Shown: positions 49,599 to 58,536 of the stretch, piece by piece | Layout of the letters: each line of letters opens with the position of its first letter | How positions within the stretch are numbered: position 1 is the stretch's first letter | Assembly (NCBI GenBank): GCA_963692525.1 | Contig: OY829953.1 | Span: 3,908,720 to 3,972,719 of the forward strand | DNA from: Opitutales bacterium | GTDB taxonomy: Bacteria > Verrucomicrobiota > Verrucomicrobiia > Opitutales > PNEW01 | Reading direction: 5' to 3' | DNA: 64,000 bases | Notes under the pieces: generated by a model | What the model saw: only the letters and a program-made list of their open reading frames with translations | What the model was told of the DNA's origin: nothing | Database searches by the model: none | Made by a program: the position numbers and the translations under genes

Positions 49599-49674
49599 GT
49601 CAAAAGGTCAAAAAGTCAAAAGGTCAAAAAGGAAATGCGATTAAGCTTTTGACTATTTGACCAGTACCTTTGAC
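49599..49674. repeat. Inverted octamer arrays filling the gap between two cistrons
   Basis: (GTCAAAAR)4 at 49599-49630 starts 6 nt from the ATG (49592, minus strand). The degenerate CTTTTGAC TATTTGAC ... CTTTGACC at 49646-49674 abuts the upstream stop at 49675. Confidence 0.85.
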
Positions 49675-50139
49675 CTATTCTAAAACTTCCGGAACAATCA
49701 TCCAAGCAATAGACCAATTGTCAATTTCCCGGTATTCTAGGCAGAGAATTCCGCCGTTTTGAAAGATAACAACATCTGAATTTTCGTCGGCGATTACGAG
49801 CAGTGCCGCAAGTCTATTTAGAAAAGGTAAATGCCCAACGATCATAATGTCGGCTCCACCCTCTTCTATCACCTGTTTCATATCTCCTACCGGATCATTG
49901 GGGGATAATCCATCACGCTCGATTAATTCGCACGACGAGGCAATCGATGGATGTAAAATCTCGGCTGTATGGCGCGCGCGCGTCTTACCACTGTGCCAAA
50001 GACTGCCGATTCTCAGACTTAACGATTTTAGGGCGACAGCTACTTTTTCAACATCACGAATACCCTTATCAGTAAGTCCACGATCAGGGTCTTCCTCTTT
50101 CGATTTTGCTTCGCCGTGTTGGACCAGGTATAAGCGCAT
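49675..50139 (-). CDS. sixA: SixA-like phosphohistidine phosphatase (histidine phosphatase superfamily)
   Basis: MRLYLVQHGEA (Q in place of the usual R of the RHG motif), HSGKTRARHTAE and VGHLP; 154 aa. Confidence 0.65.
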   Translation of the reverse strand: MRLYLVQHGEAKSKEEDPDRGLTDKGIRDVEKVAVALKSLSLRIGSLWHSGKTRARHTAEILHPSIASSCELIERDGLSPNDPVGDMKQVIEEGGADIMIVGHLPFLNRLAALLVIADENSDVVIFQNGGILCLEYREIDNWSIAWMIVPEVLE

Positions 50140-50145
50140 ATATCA

Positions 50146-50296
50146 GTCAAAAGGTCAAAAAGTCAAAAGGTCAAAAGGATATGCGTGAACGCGATTAAGC
50201 GTACCGAGGGCGAAGCCCGACATCCTCAAATGTGGAAATAACTTTCACCCTTAAACTTTTTGACCTTTTGACCTTTTGACCTTTTGACCTTTTGAC
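50146..50296. repeat. Inverted octamer arrays flanking a C unit
   Basis: (GTCAAAAR)4 at 50146-50177 starts 6 nt from ATG 50139 (minus strand). The C unit is at 50201-50232 and (CTTTTGAC)5 at 50256-50296. A GCGAC aagg GTCGC hairpin follows. Confidence 0.9.
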
Positions 50297-50315
50297 GTCG
50301 CGACAAGGGTCGCTA

Positions 50316-50969
50316 CTATAGTTCTTCCAACACTATTGCTCGAGTCCAGAATGCGGTGGCGTGTCGCATTCTGACGGGAAGACCGATAAAGAAAACACGT
50401 GGTTTAGTGATTTGATCAAAACCCCTTCCATTGTCGATAAACCCGATTCCGGCGAGCAGGAGTTTGGCATCCGGAGTCGGCGCCTGGTCCAAGGGAGTAC
50501 CCGGTGGAGCGAGCGTTATGTTTTCTAATCCTAATGCCTTTATACCCGTTTCTACGAGCCAGTCGACCGCTTCAAATGTAAGATAGGCACCGTCCGGACT
50601 ACTCCACGCAAGGACAATGTCATTTTGCTTTACGCCAGCATTTTTAAAATCGGTCGGGGTAAGGGGTTGACCCGCTTTCTCTGTAAAGTTACAGGCCACG
50701 GCTTCTCCCAGGTAAGTTTCAATCGGCATTGAGGCGAGATCCGCACCGGTCTCCGAAAATTTATAGGAAGCTTCAACGTGCGTTCCGTTATGAGTCTGGC
50801 TCCTGATAAAATGCATGCGGGCATTGTCATCTGAATGATAAAACTCGGAGAGCTCAACCGGACGCCCATTAATGGGTTTCCCGTGTCGATGGTGCCCATC
50901 CGTCTTCTGTTCACTGGGAATTAATTCGTGTGATAAATCTATGATACGGTAGTTAGATAGTTTAATCAT
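50316..50969 (-). CDS. Cyclase-family protein (kynurenine-formamidase-like fold), divergent
   Basis: SQTHNGTHVEA resembles the HxGTHxD motif, but the downstream D/H residues are not obvious. Confidence 0.55.
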   Translation of the reverse strand: MIKLSNYRIIDLSHELIPSEQKTDGHHRHGKPINGRPVELSEFYHSDDNARMHFIRSQTHNGTHVEASYKFSETGADLASMPIETYLGEAVACNFTEKAGQPLTPTDFKNAGVKQNDIVLAWSSPDGAYLTFEAVDWLVETGIKALGLENITLAPPGTPLDQAPTPDAKLLLAGIGFIDNGRGFDQITKPRVFFIGLPVRMRHATAFWTRAIVLEEL

Positions 50970-50986
50970 TGACCCATTCCTTCTTA

Positions 50987-52252
50987 TTAAAGTTGATCAA
51001 TCACGGGTCCGCTTTCGGTCCTCGCATAGAGCTCCGCCCAATCTGTTGATCCATCGTCAGGTTTAACGTCCATTTTCACGCCACGTTCTTGAGCGGGAAC
51101 ATTACCGGCGAGAGCGTCATTTCTGCATTGCGTCATGTCAGAATAATGACGCACATGACCACTACTCCAGATTACCGAGAGGATCTGTCGCGGCACAGGA
51201 AGTTTATAAGGCGGTTCCATCTTATATCGAGTAAGCGCCTCTTCATCTATTTCGATACCCAGCCCCGGTCCATCCGGCACACGCGCGTAACCACCTTGTA
51301 TCGTCAAGGGTTCAACAAGAAGATCATCAGCGTAATTATTCAGACAATTCACCGCCGGCCACTGGGCAAACTTCAGCACCGCGCCGAGATGCAATGACAA
51401 AGTCGTTGTCAAACCAGTCCCCACCAACTGTAACCAAAAAGGTTTTTCAAAGGCCTCGCTCAGCTGGCCTTCTCGCAGCACCCTCTCTACGCCCCCGCCA
51501 ATAACAAATCCATCACACACTTCATCGCGAACAACGCTGGGGAATGGTGGATTGGAAAAATGAAGCGCGATCGGGTGCTTAATTTTTTGCCGCAATTGAT
51601 GATGCCCTTCAATGTCGTGCTGCATGATGGGCGACTCATAAATGGCAATGCGTTCAAATTCGTCCAGTTCCGTTAAGACCGGCGTAGCGTTACCGGCATT
51701 CAGCAGCATCTGGTTCCAGTCGAGATCGAGTTCGAAATAGTGAGGGGATACTTTACTGATTGCTTTCACTTGCTCATAGACGTCCCACCAGGGGCGCGCC
51801 TTGATCTTGTATGAAGTATAGCCATGCTCTAGCGCCTCCTTTGCTTCGGCGGCAAATTCTTCAGGCGGAAAATCGATGTTCCACCAGGAGATCGGACACC
51901 ATTCGCGGACACGGGGTAAATTGAATAGGCGGTAGGCGGGAACACCCAGCGCTTTACCCACGACATCATACATGGCCATTTGCAAGCCCGCGCCGAGGGA
52001 ATCATCACCGAGGAAATCGGCGGGATTGCCACCCTTAACTCGCTCAATCGCTTCATCGGAAACACAACCAAAGGTGTAATGAATAATTGTTTCCCCGAAA
52101 CCAACAATGTCAGGAGAGTCAGTGGATAAACGAATGATTTCAGTGACCCGCCACTGGTAGACTTCGCGGACATTCCATTTTTCACAACGTGGGGTAAACG
52201 GCACCGCGACAACGATGCGTTCGACATCGGTTATTTTTAAATTTCCGGCCAT
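50987..52252 (-). CDS. Enolase-superfamily enzyme (mandelate racemase/muconate lactonizing family)
   Basis: 421 aa with the N-terminal capping domain and barrel pattern (YKIKARPW, ELDLDWN, IAIYESP). Confidence 0.7.
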   Translation of the reverse strand: MAGNLKITDVERIVVAVPFTPRCEKWNVREVYQWRVTEIIRLSTDSPDIVGFGETIIHYTFGCVSDEAIERVKGGNPADFLGDDSLGAGLQMAMYDVVGKALGVPAYRLFNLPRVREWCPISWWNIDFPPEEFAAEAKEALEHGYTSYKIKARPWWDVYEQVKAISKVSPHYFELDLDWNQMLLNAGNATPVLTELDEFERIAIYESPIMQHDIEGHHQLRQKIKHPIALHFSNPPFPSVVRDEVCDGFVIGGGVERVLREGQLSEAFEKPFWLQLVGTGLTTTLSLHLGAVLKFAQWPAVNCLNNYADDLLVEPLTIQGGYARVPDGPGLGIEIDEEALTRYKMEPPYKLPVPRQILSVIWSSGHVRHYSDMTQCRNDALAGNVPAQERGVKMDVKPDDGSTDWAELYARTESGPVIDQL

Positions 52253-52272
52253 TGTATTATCTCCTGAATGAA

Positions 52273-52995
52273 TTAAGGATGAAACTCGGGGATTTCTTCA
52301 ACCTTAGTGCCGTCAATCATTCCGGCGACAAATTGAGCGGTATTTTCAACGATCGATTCTATCATCGCGGCACCCGCTTCAGCTGTTGCCTCCAACGGCT
52401 CTTTATCTTCCTGCTCCTGCATGGCATCGTGGCGCACATTTTCGGGAAAAACGGCGAGGGCAAAAGCGGTTTCAAGTTCCTGAGCGTGACCCGGGTAGCG
52501 CTTAGTCTTTAAATTCGCGTCGGCAACATCCTTGGAGAGAAAGTCCCAATAGGGGGCAAAAGTAAGGTTAATTTCAAGCCGCTGGAGATATTGTCCCCAC
52601 ATTCCCTCGCAGGGGGCAATATTTCCCCCATGGCCGTTGAGCACGAGAATATTAGTAAACCCGGCGTCGTTCATACTGCGTATGGTATCAAACAATACTC
52701 CCAGCCAACTGCCCGGTAGTGCGGTCAAGGTTCCAATATGCCGCATGTGATGTTCGCTGATCCCAATGCTCATTGAAGGAGCGACTAAAACTTGCGGATG
52801 GAGCCGTTTGGCAACTTCTATCGAAATGTGCATGACACTCCGCCAGTCATGCTCCATGGATAAATGTTCAAGGTGCTGCTCGATAGCGGCGACAGGAATG
52901 ATGCACGCTTTCAGTTCTCCGCTCTGCATCCGCTCTCGGAATTCTCTTCGTGTGTGTTTAGTCAAAAGGACTTGGTTATTTTCTGCTGCTGACAT
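52273..52995 (-). CDS. Creatininase-family amidohydrolase, second paralog
   Basis: Contains IPVAAIEQHLEHLSMEHD, VLNGHGGN and PGHAQELET motifs. Confidence 0.8.
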   Translation of the reverse strand: MSAAENNQVLLTKHTRREFRERMQSGELKACIIPVAAIEQHLEHLSMEHDWRSVMHISIEVAKRLHPQVLVAPSMSIGISEHHMRHIGTLTALPGSWLGVLFDTIRSMNDAGFTNILVLNGHGGNIAPCEGMWGQYLQRLEINLTFAPYWDFLSKDVADANLKTKRYPGHAQELETAFALAVFPENVRHDAMQEQEDKEPLEATAEAGAAMIESIVENTAQFVAGMIDGTKVEEIPEFHP

Positions 52996-53186
52996 CGTTT
53001 CCTTTCAGGATTATGAGGGTTAATGTATTAAGTGTGGTGAATAAACTCCAGATCAATGAGACGCTATCTCTTTTTTAATTACTAAAACGGGTATGCTCAT
53101 ACTTTTAAACGGGGTGACGAAAGTCCACATCAGCTCTGCGGGGACGTAGATACCGGCTTTTGGGAAAACATTCATATATATAAAAG

Positions 53187-53711
53187 TTATTCTTTTTTCC
53201 TTTGCAGCTCTTTTTGATAAAGCGCCGTTCCATAAAATTCATAGGATGCCGCAGCATCCGGAACATCCACGACGTGGACTGTGAAACGAGAAGGTAAACC
53301 GTTATCTGGTAAATATTCCTGAAAGAAATTCCGGTAGGCATAGGCTTCGCGCAGCCTTTTTTGTTCAGCTGCGTATCCCTCAGGGTCGACAAGTGGATTT
53401 GGAGATTTCGGTTGGCAACCAAAGGCATGAATTTCAATAAAATCTACTTCCTTCAATGAATCACAGATCCCTGCATCGATCAGCCATTTCTCCCAGCACT
53501 TGAATACAAGGGGAATTTCTTTCTCCGGATCCATTGAAACGAGTTCGTCTCTTTCTAATACTGCTTTCGCTGAATACCCTCCGGTCAATCCTGAAAAACA
53601 GATCTTCAGATCTCCATCCGGAAGTGCTTCCGTTACAAGAGAAGACAAAACAGCTTGATCCCCTTCATAATAATAAGTCAACTTTCCACGCTTTTTTATC
53701 TTAAATGCCAT
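53187..53711 (-). CDS. Hypothetical protein
   Basis: A 174-aa ORF. No family was recognised. Confidence 0.45.
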   Translation of the reverse strand: MAFKIKKRGKLTYYYEGDQAVLSSLVTEALPDGDLKICFSGLTGGYSAKAVLERDELVSMDPEKEIPLVFKCWEKWLIDAGICDSLKEVDFIEIHAFGCQPKSPNPLVDPEGYAAEQKRLREAYAYRNFFQEYLPDNGLPSRFTVHVVDVPDAAASYEFYGTALYQKELQRKKE

Positions 53712-53874
53712 GACCGAGTAATGTTTATTTAAGACTATTCTTTACTGTGTTTAAATCCTTATCTTTGAAAGGTTCTTTATTTTTAAATAGACCTTTATCT
53801 TCCTCTAAAATTTAGCAATCTATATAGTGTAAGTTATATACGAACGAATTCGAAGATTAAAAATTCAAGCAAAT

Positions 53875-54075
53875 CACCCCAGCGGGGTGTAACATTCGTA
53901 GCCCGCAGCGTAAGCTGTGGGTTAAAATATGTGCCATATAAATTAAGCCCCAGCGGGGCGACACAATAACCGTCGAAAGCGATGTTGTGTCGCCCCGCTG
54001 GGGCTCTGAATTATAAAATATCACTCCCACCCACAGCTCACGCTGTGGGCTAAACCTATGCCGCCCCTCCGGGGC
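53875..54075. repeat. Mirror-symmetric array of five hairpins
   Basis: CACCCCagcGGGGTG (53875-89). CCCGCAGC-GTAA-GCTGTGGG (53902-21). A 20-bp perfect stem, GCCCCAGCGGGGCGACACAA / TTGTGTCGCCCCGCTGGGGC (53947-54004). CCCACAGC-TCAC-GCTGTGGG (54030-49). GCCCCtccGGGGC (54063-75). Confidence 0.85.
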
Positions 54076-54206
54076 TGATAGAGTACGTTAAGGATAAGTT
54101 TTAACATCTTCCTTTTTACATTAATTCGTAAGTATCTAACAGTGATGAGGGGGAAGCCGATGACCAAGATAACCGTGATTATACTTTGCCTTAATGCCTT
54201 TTATAA

Positions 54207-55079
54207 TCAGCCTTTAAGGGCGCCGGCGGCAACACCTTTAACAATCTGCCTTTGGAGTATTACATAAAAGAGAAGTGTGGGGATGAGCACTAAGACGAGT
54301 CCCGCAAAACAAACTCCCCAGTCGCTGCGATATTGTGATGTAATCGCAATATTTGCCAGGCCCAGGGGCAGGGTCCGAATACTTTCACTGCCTTCACCGG
54401 ATAGAAACATGTAGGCAATGAAGTACTCATTCCAGAACGAGAGAAAGGTAAATATAGCCACCGTTACGAGACCGGGACGGGCGAGCGGCAACATTATGCT
54501 CCAGAAAATCCGCCATTCACTACAACCGTCAATTTGTGCGGCTTCGTGAAGCGATCGGGGTAATGTTTTAAAAAAACCTGCGAGGATAAAGATGGCAAAG
54601 GGCAGTCCCCCGGCAATATAGACAAGGGTCAGGCCGAAACGTGAATTAAGTAACCCCCACTCGCGCATTTGAAAAAAGAGAGGAATGATCGACAATTGCA
54701 CGGGTATCATGAGCCCGGATAGAAAGAGGTAAAACATTACCGTCCCACCGGGAATACGAAATCGGCTCAGGGCATAGGCTGCCATCGATGCAAGCATCAG
54801 GCAGAGAGTGAGCGCGCAAGCCGTTACGAGAGCGCTATTGAGAAAATACTGCGAGAAATGGGCGCCAACCCAGGCACGCTCAAAGTTTTCCCATTGCAGA
54901 TTATTCAGATCGGGAAGGGCAAAAGGTTCGATGAATATCTCCTGGTCCGTTTTTAAAGCTGTGTAGTTCATCCATATCAAAGGATAAACAACCACGATAA
55001 GATAACAAAGGAGCACGCTGAAAATCAGCATCTTCACGATCGGTTCAAGGAATGGCTTTTTGCCCGGTCTGGTTTTCAT
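54207..55079 (-). CDS. Carbohydrate ABC transporter permease (MalG/UgpE-like)
   Basis: Six TM helices and the EAA loop EAAQIDGCSEWRIFWSIMLPLARPG. There is a 4-nt overlap with the upstream gene. Confidence 0.85.
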   Translation of the reverse strand: MKTRPGKKPFLEPIVKMLIFSVLLCYLIVVVYPLIWMNYTALKTDQEIFIEPFALPDLNNLQWENFERAWVGAHFSQYFLNSALVTACALTLCLMLASMAAYALSRFRIPGGTVMFYLFLSGLMIPVQLSIIPLFFQMREWGLLNSRFGLTLVYIAGGLPFAIFILAGFFKTLPRSLHEAAQIDGCSEWRIFWSIMLPLARPGLVTVAIFTFLSFWNEYFIAYMFLSGEGSESIRTLPLGLANIAITSQYRSDWGVCFAGLVLVLIPTLLFYVILQRQIVKGVAAGALKG

Positions 55080-57355
55080 TGATAGACCTCCGTTGTCTCC
55101 CGTTTCATCAATCGCAGCGTAACCATCGCGCCAAAGAATACTAAGATAAATAATAGGACCGCGATCGCCGTCGCCTGACCTACCTTAAATTCCTTAAACA
55201 TCGTGGTAACCATATAGGTGGCCATGACATGCGTATTCGAAGTCGGCCGTTGGCTGGTCAGTAGCCAGATATATTCAAACGTTTTTAACCCGCCGATAAC
55301 CATGAAAACCGCGGATATCGTCAGCGCTTCCCAGATCTGCGGTATGGTAATGAAAATAAACTGTTGCCAGGTGGTAGCACCATCGATCGACGCCGCATCG
55401 TATAAGGCAGTGTCCACGTTTTCCATTGCGGCGAGGTAGAGAATCATGTTAAATCCGCAAGCACCCCAGATCGCGATCGGAATGAGCGACCAGTATAAAT
55501 GTTCCTGTGACAACCAGGGGAAATTTTCAAACTGTGTAAAGCCCAGCCCGACAAGCGCCCCATTAACCAGTCCACCCTGGGGATCGTAGGCGTTCATCCA
55601 CAAAAGGGTGATCGCGATGGCTCCCATGATATTGGGAAAGAAAAAACAGATGCGAAACATATTGCTGCCCCAGACCCGTCGGCTGATAAGAAAGGAAATG
55701 GAAAGCGCGATCGGAATGACAAAAAGAGGCGGAACAAACATGACGAATAAATTATTTTTAAGCGCCTTCCAAAATACATCGCTCTCAAACAGAAGTCGTT
55801 TGAAATGCAGCAATCCCACATACTCTCGATCCGTAATTCCATCCCACCGGGTAAAGGCCCAGACAAAAGATTCCAACGATGGTTTAATGGAAAAGACCAG
55901 ATACATCACCATCGCCGGTCCTATGGATAAAAGCACATAGCGCGCATTCAACTTGCCCGGAGAAAAACTGACCGACTTTATTTTTTTCCTCGCTTTAAGC
56001 TCGATGTAAATCGTGTATACAAAAGCGGCTACTATAATGAAAACAAGAAGAGATCCAGCCATGGTATGACGATAGACCACTTGATTTGGGTTTATACTGA
56101 TGAACCTTTCTTTTTCTGCCGCTGCTTCGAGAAAATCACCGAATTCTTCGGGAGAAATTTCATTATACATGAGCATCGCCCGCGCGTCTTCTTCTGCTTG
56201 ACCCATCCCAGGATAAGGGGGTGTTGAGCCAAATGGGGTACCATAGGTAGCCGTTGAGTTTTCAATGATCAATGCCACATCATGCATCAGCGGTGAGTAG
56301 CTTTCCAGAGGTGTTCCGATGATCGCGGTAGAGGCATCCCGCCTTTCGGTGAAAGTTTTTGCCCATCGCCGGGAAGTCATGTAACGAAAAAAATCAACTG
56401 TTACGTCTATATTTTCCACCTCATTAAAAAGGAAGAAATAACCGCTTCCGGCCTGGACCGCATTCCGGGAGCCTATTCCCTCTGGGAAAACAGGCATATT
56501 AAATGCCCCGAGCTCAAATTCCTCAGGAATTTTACCTGTCATTTCGCTCACCATCCATGAACCGTTGGCGATCATCGCGCTATTGCCTTGAAAAAACTGT
56601 AATTGGGAACCGGTGTGACTCATACCTTCCCACCCCTCCTGGAAATAATGGGTGGCAAGCCGCTGAAGAATCCCCGCGGCTTTTTTGAAGTGAGGATTGG
56701 AACGCGTCCCTTTCTCGAGAAGATTATAACGTCGATACGCATCCGGCCCCACCAGGTTGTAATAAGCCGCTCTTAAAATCATATCGCCATAGCTCATGTA
56801 AACACCGGGGAAAGCGAAGGGCGCAATATTGACTGCTTTGACTTGGTCGCAGAGGCTGAACAGCTCATCCCAGGTTTGAGGAATTTTCCATCCATTATCT
56901 CTGAACAGGGTTTTGTTATAAAAAATCACCCTCGTGGCATAGGCAAAAGGGACTGCCCAAACATGCTCGCCGTCTTGCCAATGCTCAAGTGCCCCAGGAA
57001 GAAAAGTATCACGCCATCGGGCATCGCCTTCCCAATTCGGTCCTTCCAGGTAGGGCCCCAGGTCAAGAATTTTCCCCGCTTGAATTAAGTTATACCATGC
57101 CGAGTCTGCTGTTGTCGCGTTAGGATAATTACCTTCAATGACACGAATACGCACCTGATCCGGCATACGTGGATCGCCGTAAAGATTGATCTTAACACCG
57201 GGATGTTCTTTCTCATAGGCGCGCGCGACATCCTGATATATTTTGACCCCATACCCACCCTCGAAAATGGGAATATCAATCTCAATGGGCTCTTCGGCAA
57301 AGAGCGTGTATGCAAAAATCAAAGTGAGGGTGATTGTGATTACTTTGATTTTCAT
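55076..57355 (-). CDS. Fusion: extracellular solute-binding protein (family 1) + linker TM + ABC permease (MalF/UgpA-like)
   Basis: ATG 57355 gives a signal peptide (MKIKVITITLTLIFAYTLFA). About 430 aa are SBP-like, followed by one extra TM (SLLVFIIVAAFVYTIYI), then a permease with the loop YDAASIDGATTWQQFIFITIPQ. The ORF-track TTG at 57379 is probably an extension. Confidence 0.75.
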   Translation of the reverse strand: MKIKVITITLTLIFAYTLFAEEPIEIDIPIFEGGYGVKIYQDVARAYEKEHPGVKINLYGDPRMPDQVRIRVIEGNYPNATTADSAWYNLIQAGKILDLGPYLEGPNWEGDARWRDTFLPGALEHWQDGEHVWAVPFAYATRVIFYNKTLFRDNGWKIPQTWDELFSLCDQVKAVNIAPFAFPGVYMSYGDMILRAAYYNLVGPDAYRRYNLLEKGTRSNPHFKKAAGILQRLATHYFQEGWEGMSHTGSQLQFFQGNSAMIANGSWMVSEMTGKIPEEFELGAFNMPVFPEGIGSRNAVQAGSGYFFLFNEVENIDVTVDFFRYMTSRRWAKTFTERRDASTAIIGTPLESYSPLMHDVALIIENSTATYGTPFGSTPPYPGMGQAEEDARAMLMYNEISPEEFGDFLEAAAEKERFISINPNQVVYRHTMAGSLLVFIIVAAFVYTIYIELKARKKIKSVSFSPGKLNARYVLLSIGPAMVMYLVFSIKPSLESFVWAFTRWDGITDREYVGLLHFKRLLFESDVFWKALKNNLFVMFVPPLFVIPIALSISFLISRRVWGSNMFRICFFFPNIMGAIAITLLWMNAYDPQGGLVNGALVGLGFTQFENFPWLSQEHLYWSLIPIAIWGACGFNMILYLAAMENVDTALYDAASIDGATTWQQFIFITIPQIWEALTISAVFMVIGGLKTFEYIWLLTSQRPTSNTHVMATYMVTTMFKEFKVGQATAIAVLLFILVFFGAMVTLRLMKRETTEVYQ

Positions 57356-57375
57356 GCAATAAAAACTTTCAATAT

Positions 57376-58401
57376 TCAATTTGTGGCAAGGCCGTTGATT
57401 ATATGTGCGATACCATTCACCACGCGCGCCATCCGGGGATAGTCAATCTTGTCCGGTGTATCAGCCGGCGTGTGGTAATAATCATAACGGAAAAGCGCGG
57501 TGTCGGTTATCATAATTGCAGGGTAGCCGGCCTTCCAAAAAGACCAATGATCCGACCACCCTACCCCGGTTACCCATCCAGGTGCCGCGGTCCCTTCGGA
57601 GGGAAATGGTGTATTTTCCCGAAAAGTAGCAATCGCCCGTCGCACCAAACCACGCGATGAAAGATTTCCGACAAAGCCGATGAAATTGGCAACATTCGGA
57701 TAAAAGAAACTAAAAGGAAAGGGATATCGCTGGCTGCCCACTTCATCTGAGTAATAGCCGATCGTTTCAAGTGAAAGCATGGCGATAATTTTTTCACCGC
57801 GCTGCCTGGAACGGGTCGCGTAAACAAGGCTCCCCATTCGAGAAGTCTGGAAGAAGGGCGGTTCTTCATTAACGAATGCGACAAAGCGGACGGTCCGGGA
57901 TAGTTTATTATTAGACAGGAGACGAGCTGCTTCAATTAGCCCTGCAACCCCAGAGGCATTATCGTTAGCGCCGGGACAACCACTGACCGAATCATAATGA
58001 GCACCGACAATGATAATTTCGTCGGGTAAGGTTGTTCCTGATAACTCAGCTTCAAGATTAGTCACGGTTACACCATCAACCTTGTATGCTTGTTGTTTTA
58101 CCTCGTAACCTAAATCGGTAAACGCTTCTTCAATGTAATTCGCAGAAGATATTAAGCCCTGATATTGCCAGACATTTCGCTCCCCTATCTTTTTCGCCAG
58201 GATGTTTAAATGTTTTTCAAGCTGACGACGCGTAATTTCCTCATCATCAGATAGCGGTTGAAAAGGGCCTGAATAAGAATTTTTTGGCATCCAAACGACG
58301 TATAATATAAATGTGGTCAGAATTATAATAATAATCGTTATTTGTATGAGCAACATATACCACTTACTAGAGATCTTTAGGGCTATATAAGCCGAAATCA
58401 T
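57376..58401 (-). CDS. M28 family metallopeptidase, membrane-anchored
   Basis: N-terminal TM, then IIVGAHYDS, GANDNASGVAGLIEAAR, FVAFVNEEPPF and SDHWSF motifs. Confidence 0.85.
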   Translation of the reverse strand: MISAYIALKISSKWYMLLIQITIIIIILTTFILYVVWMPKNSYSGPFQPLSDDEEITRRQLEKHLNILAKKIGERNVWQYQGLISSANYIEEAFTDLGYEVKQQAYKVDGVTVTNLEAELSGTTLPDEIIIVGAHYDSVSGCPGANDNASGVAGLIEAARLLSNNKLSRTVRFVAFVNEEPPFFQTSRMGSLVYATRSRQRGEKIIAMLSLETIGYYSDEVGSQRYPFPFSFFYPNVANFIGFVGNLSSRGLVRRAIATFRENTPFPSEGTAAPGWVTGVGWSDHWSFWKAGYPAIMITDTALFRYDYYHTPADTPDKIDYPRMARVVNGIAHIINGLATN

Positions 58402-58536
58402 CGGTGAATGGTGAAATAATTAATATTAATTGAAAACAGGATATGTCGAAATCAAGAGCTGAATCAATTTCCTATTAATCGTCAGTACTTTTTAAGTCGA
58501 CATTAGACTTTCGGCCTTCGAACTTATGACTAAAAA

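Noticed and set aside
22542-50296. Reading the octamer arrays or the 29-nt core copies as a CRISPR array
   Set aside because: The octamers are directly abutting 8-nt units with no spacers. The 29-nt cores are scattered kilobases apart in both orientations. No cas genes are present.
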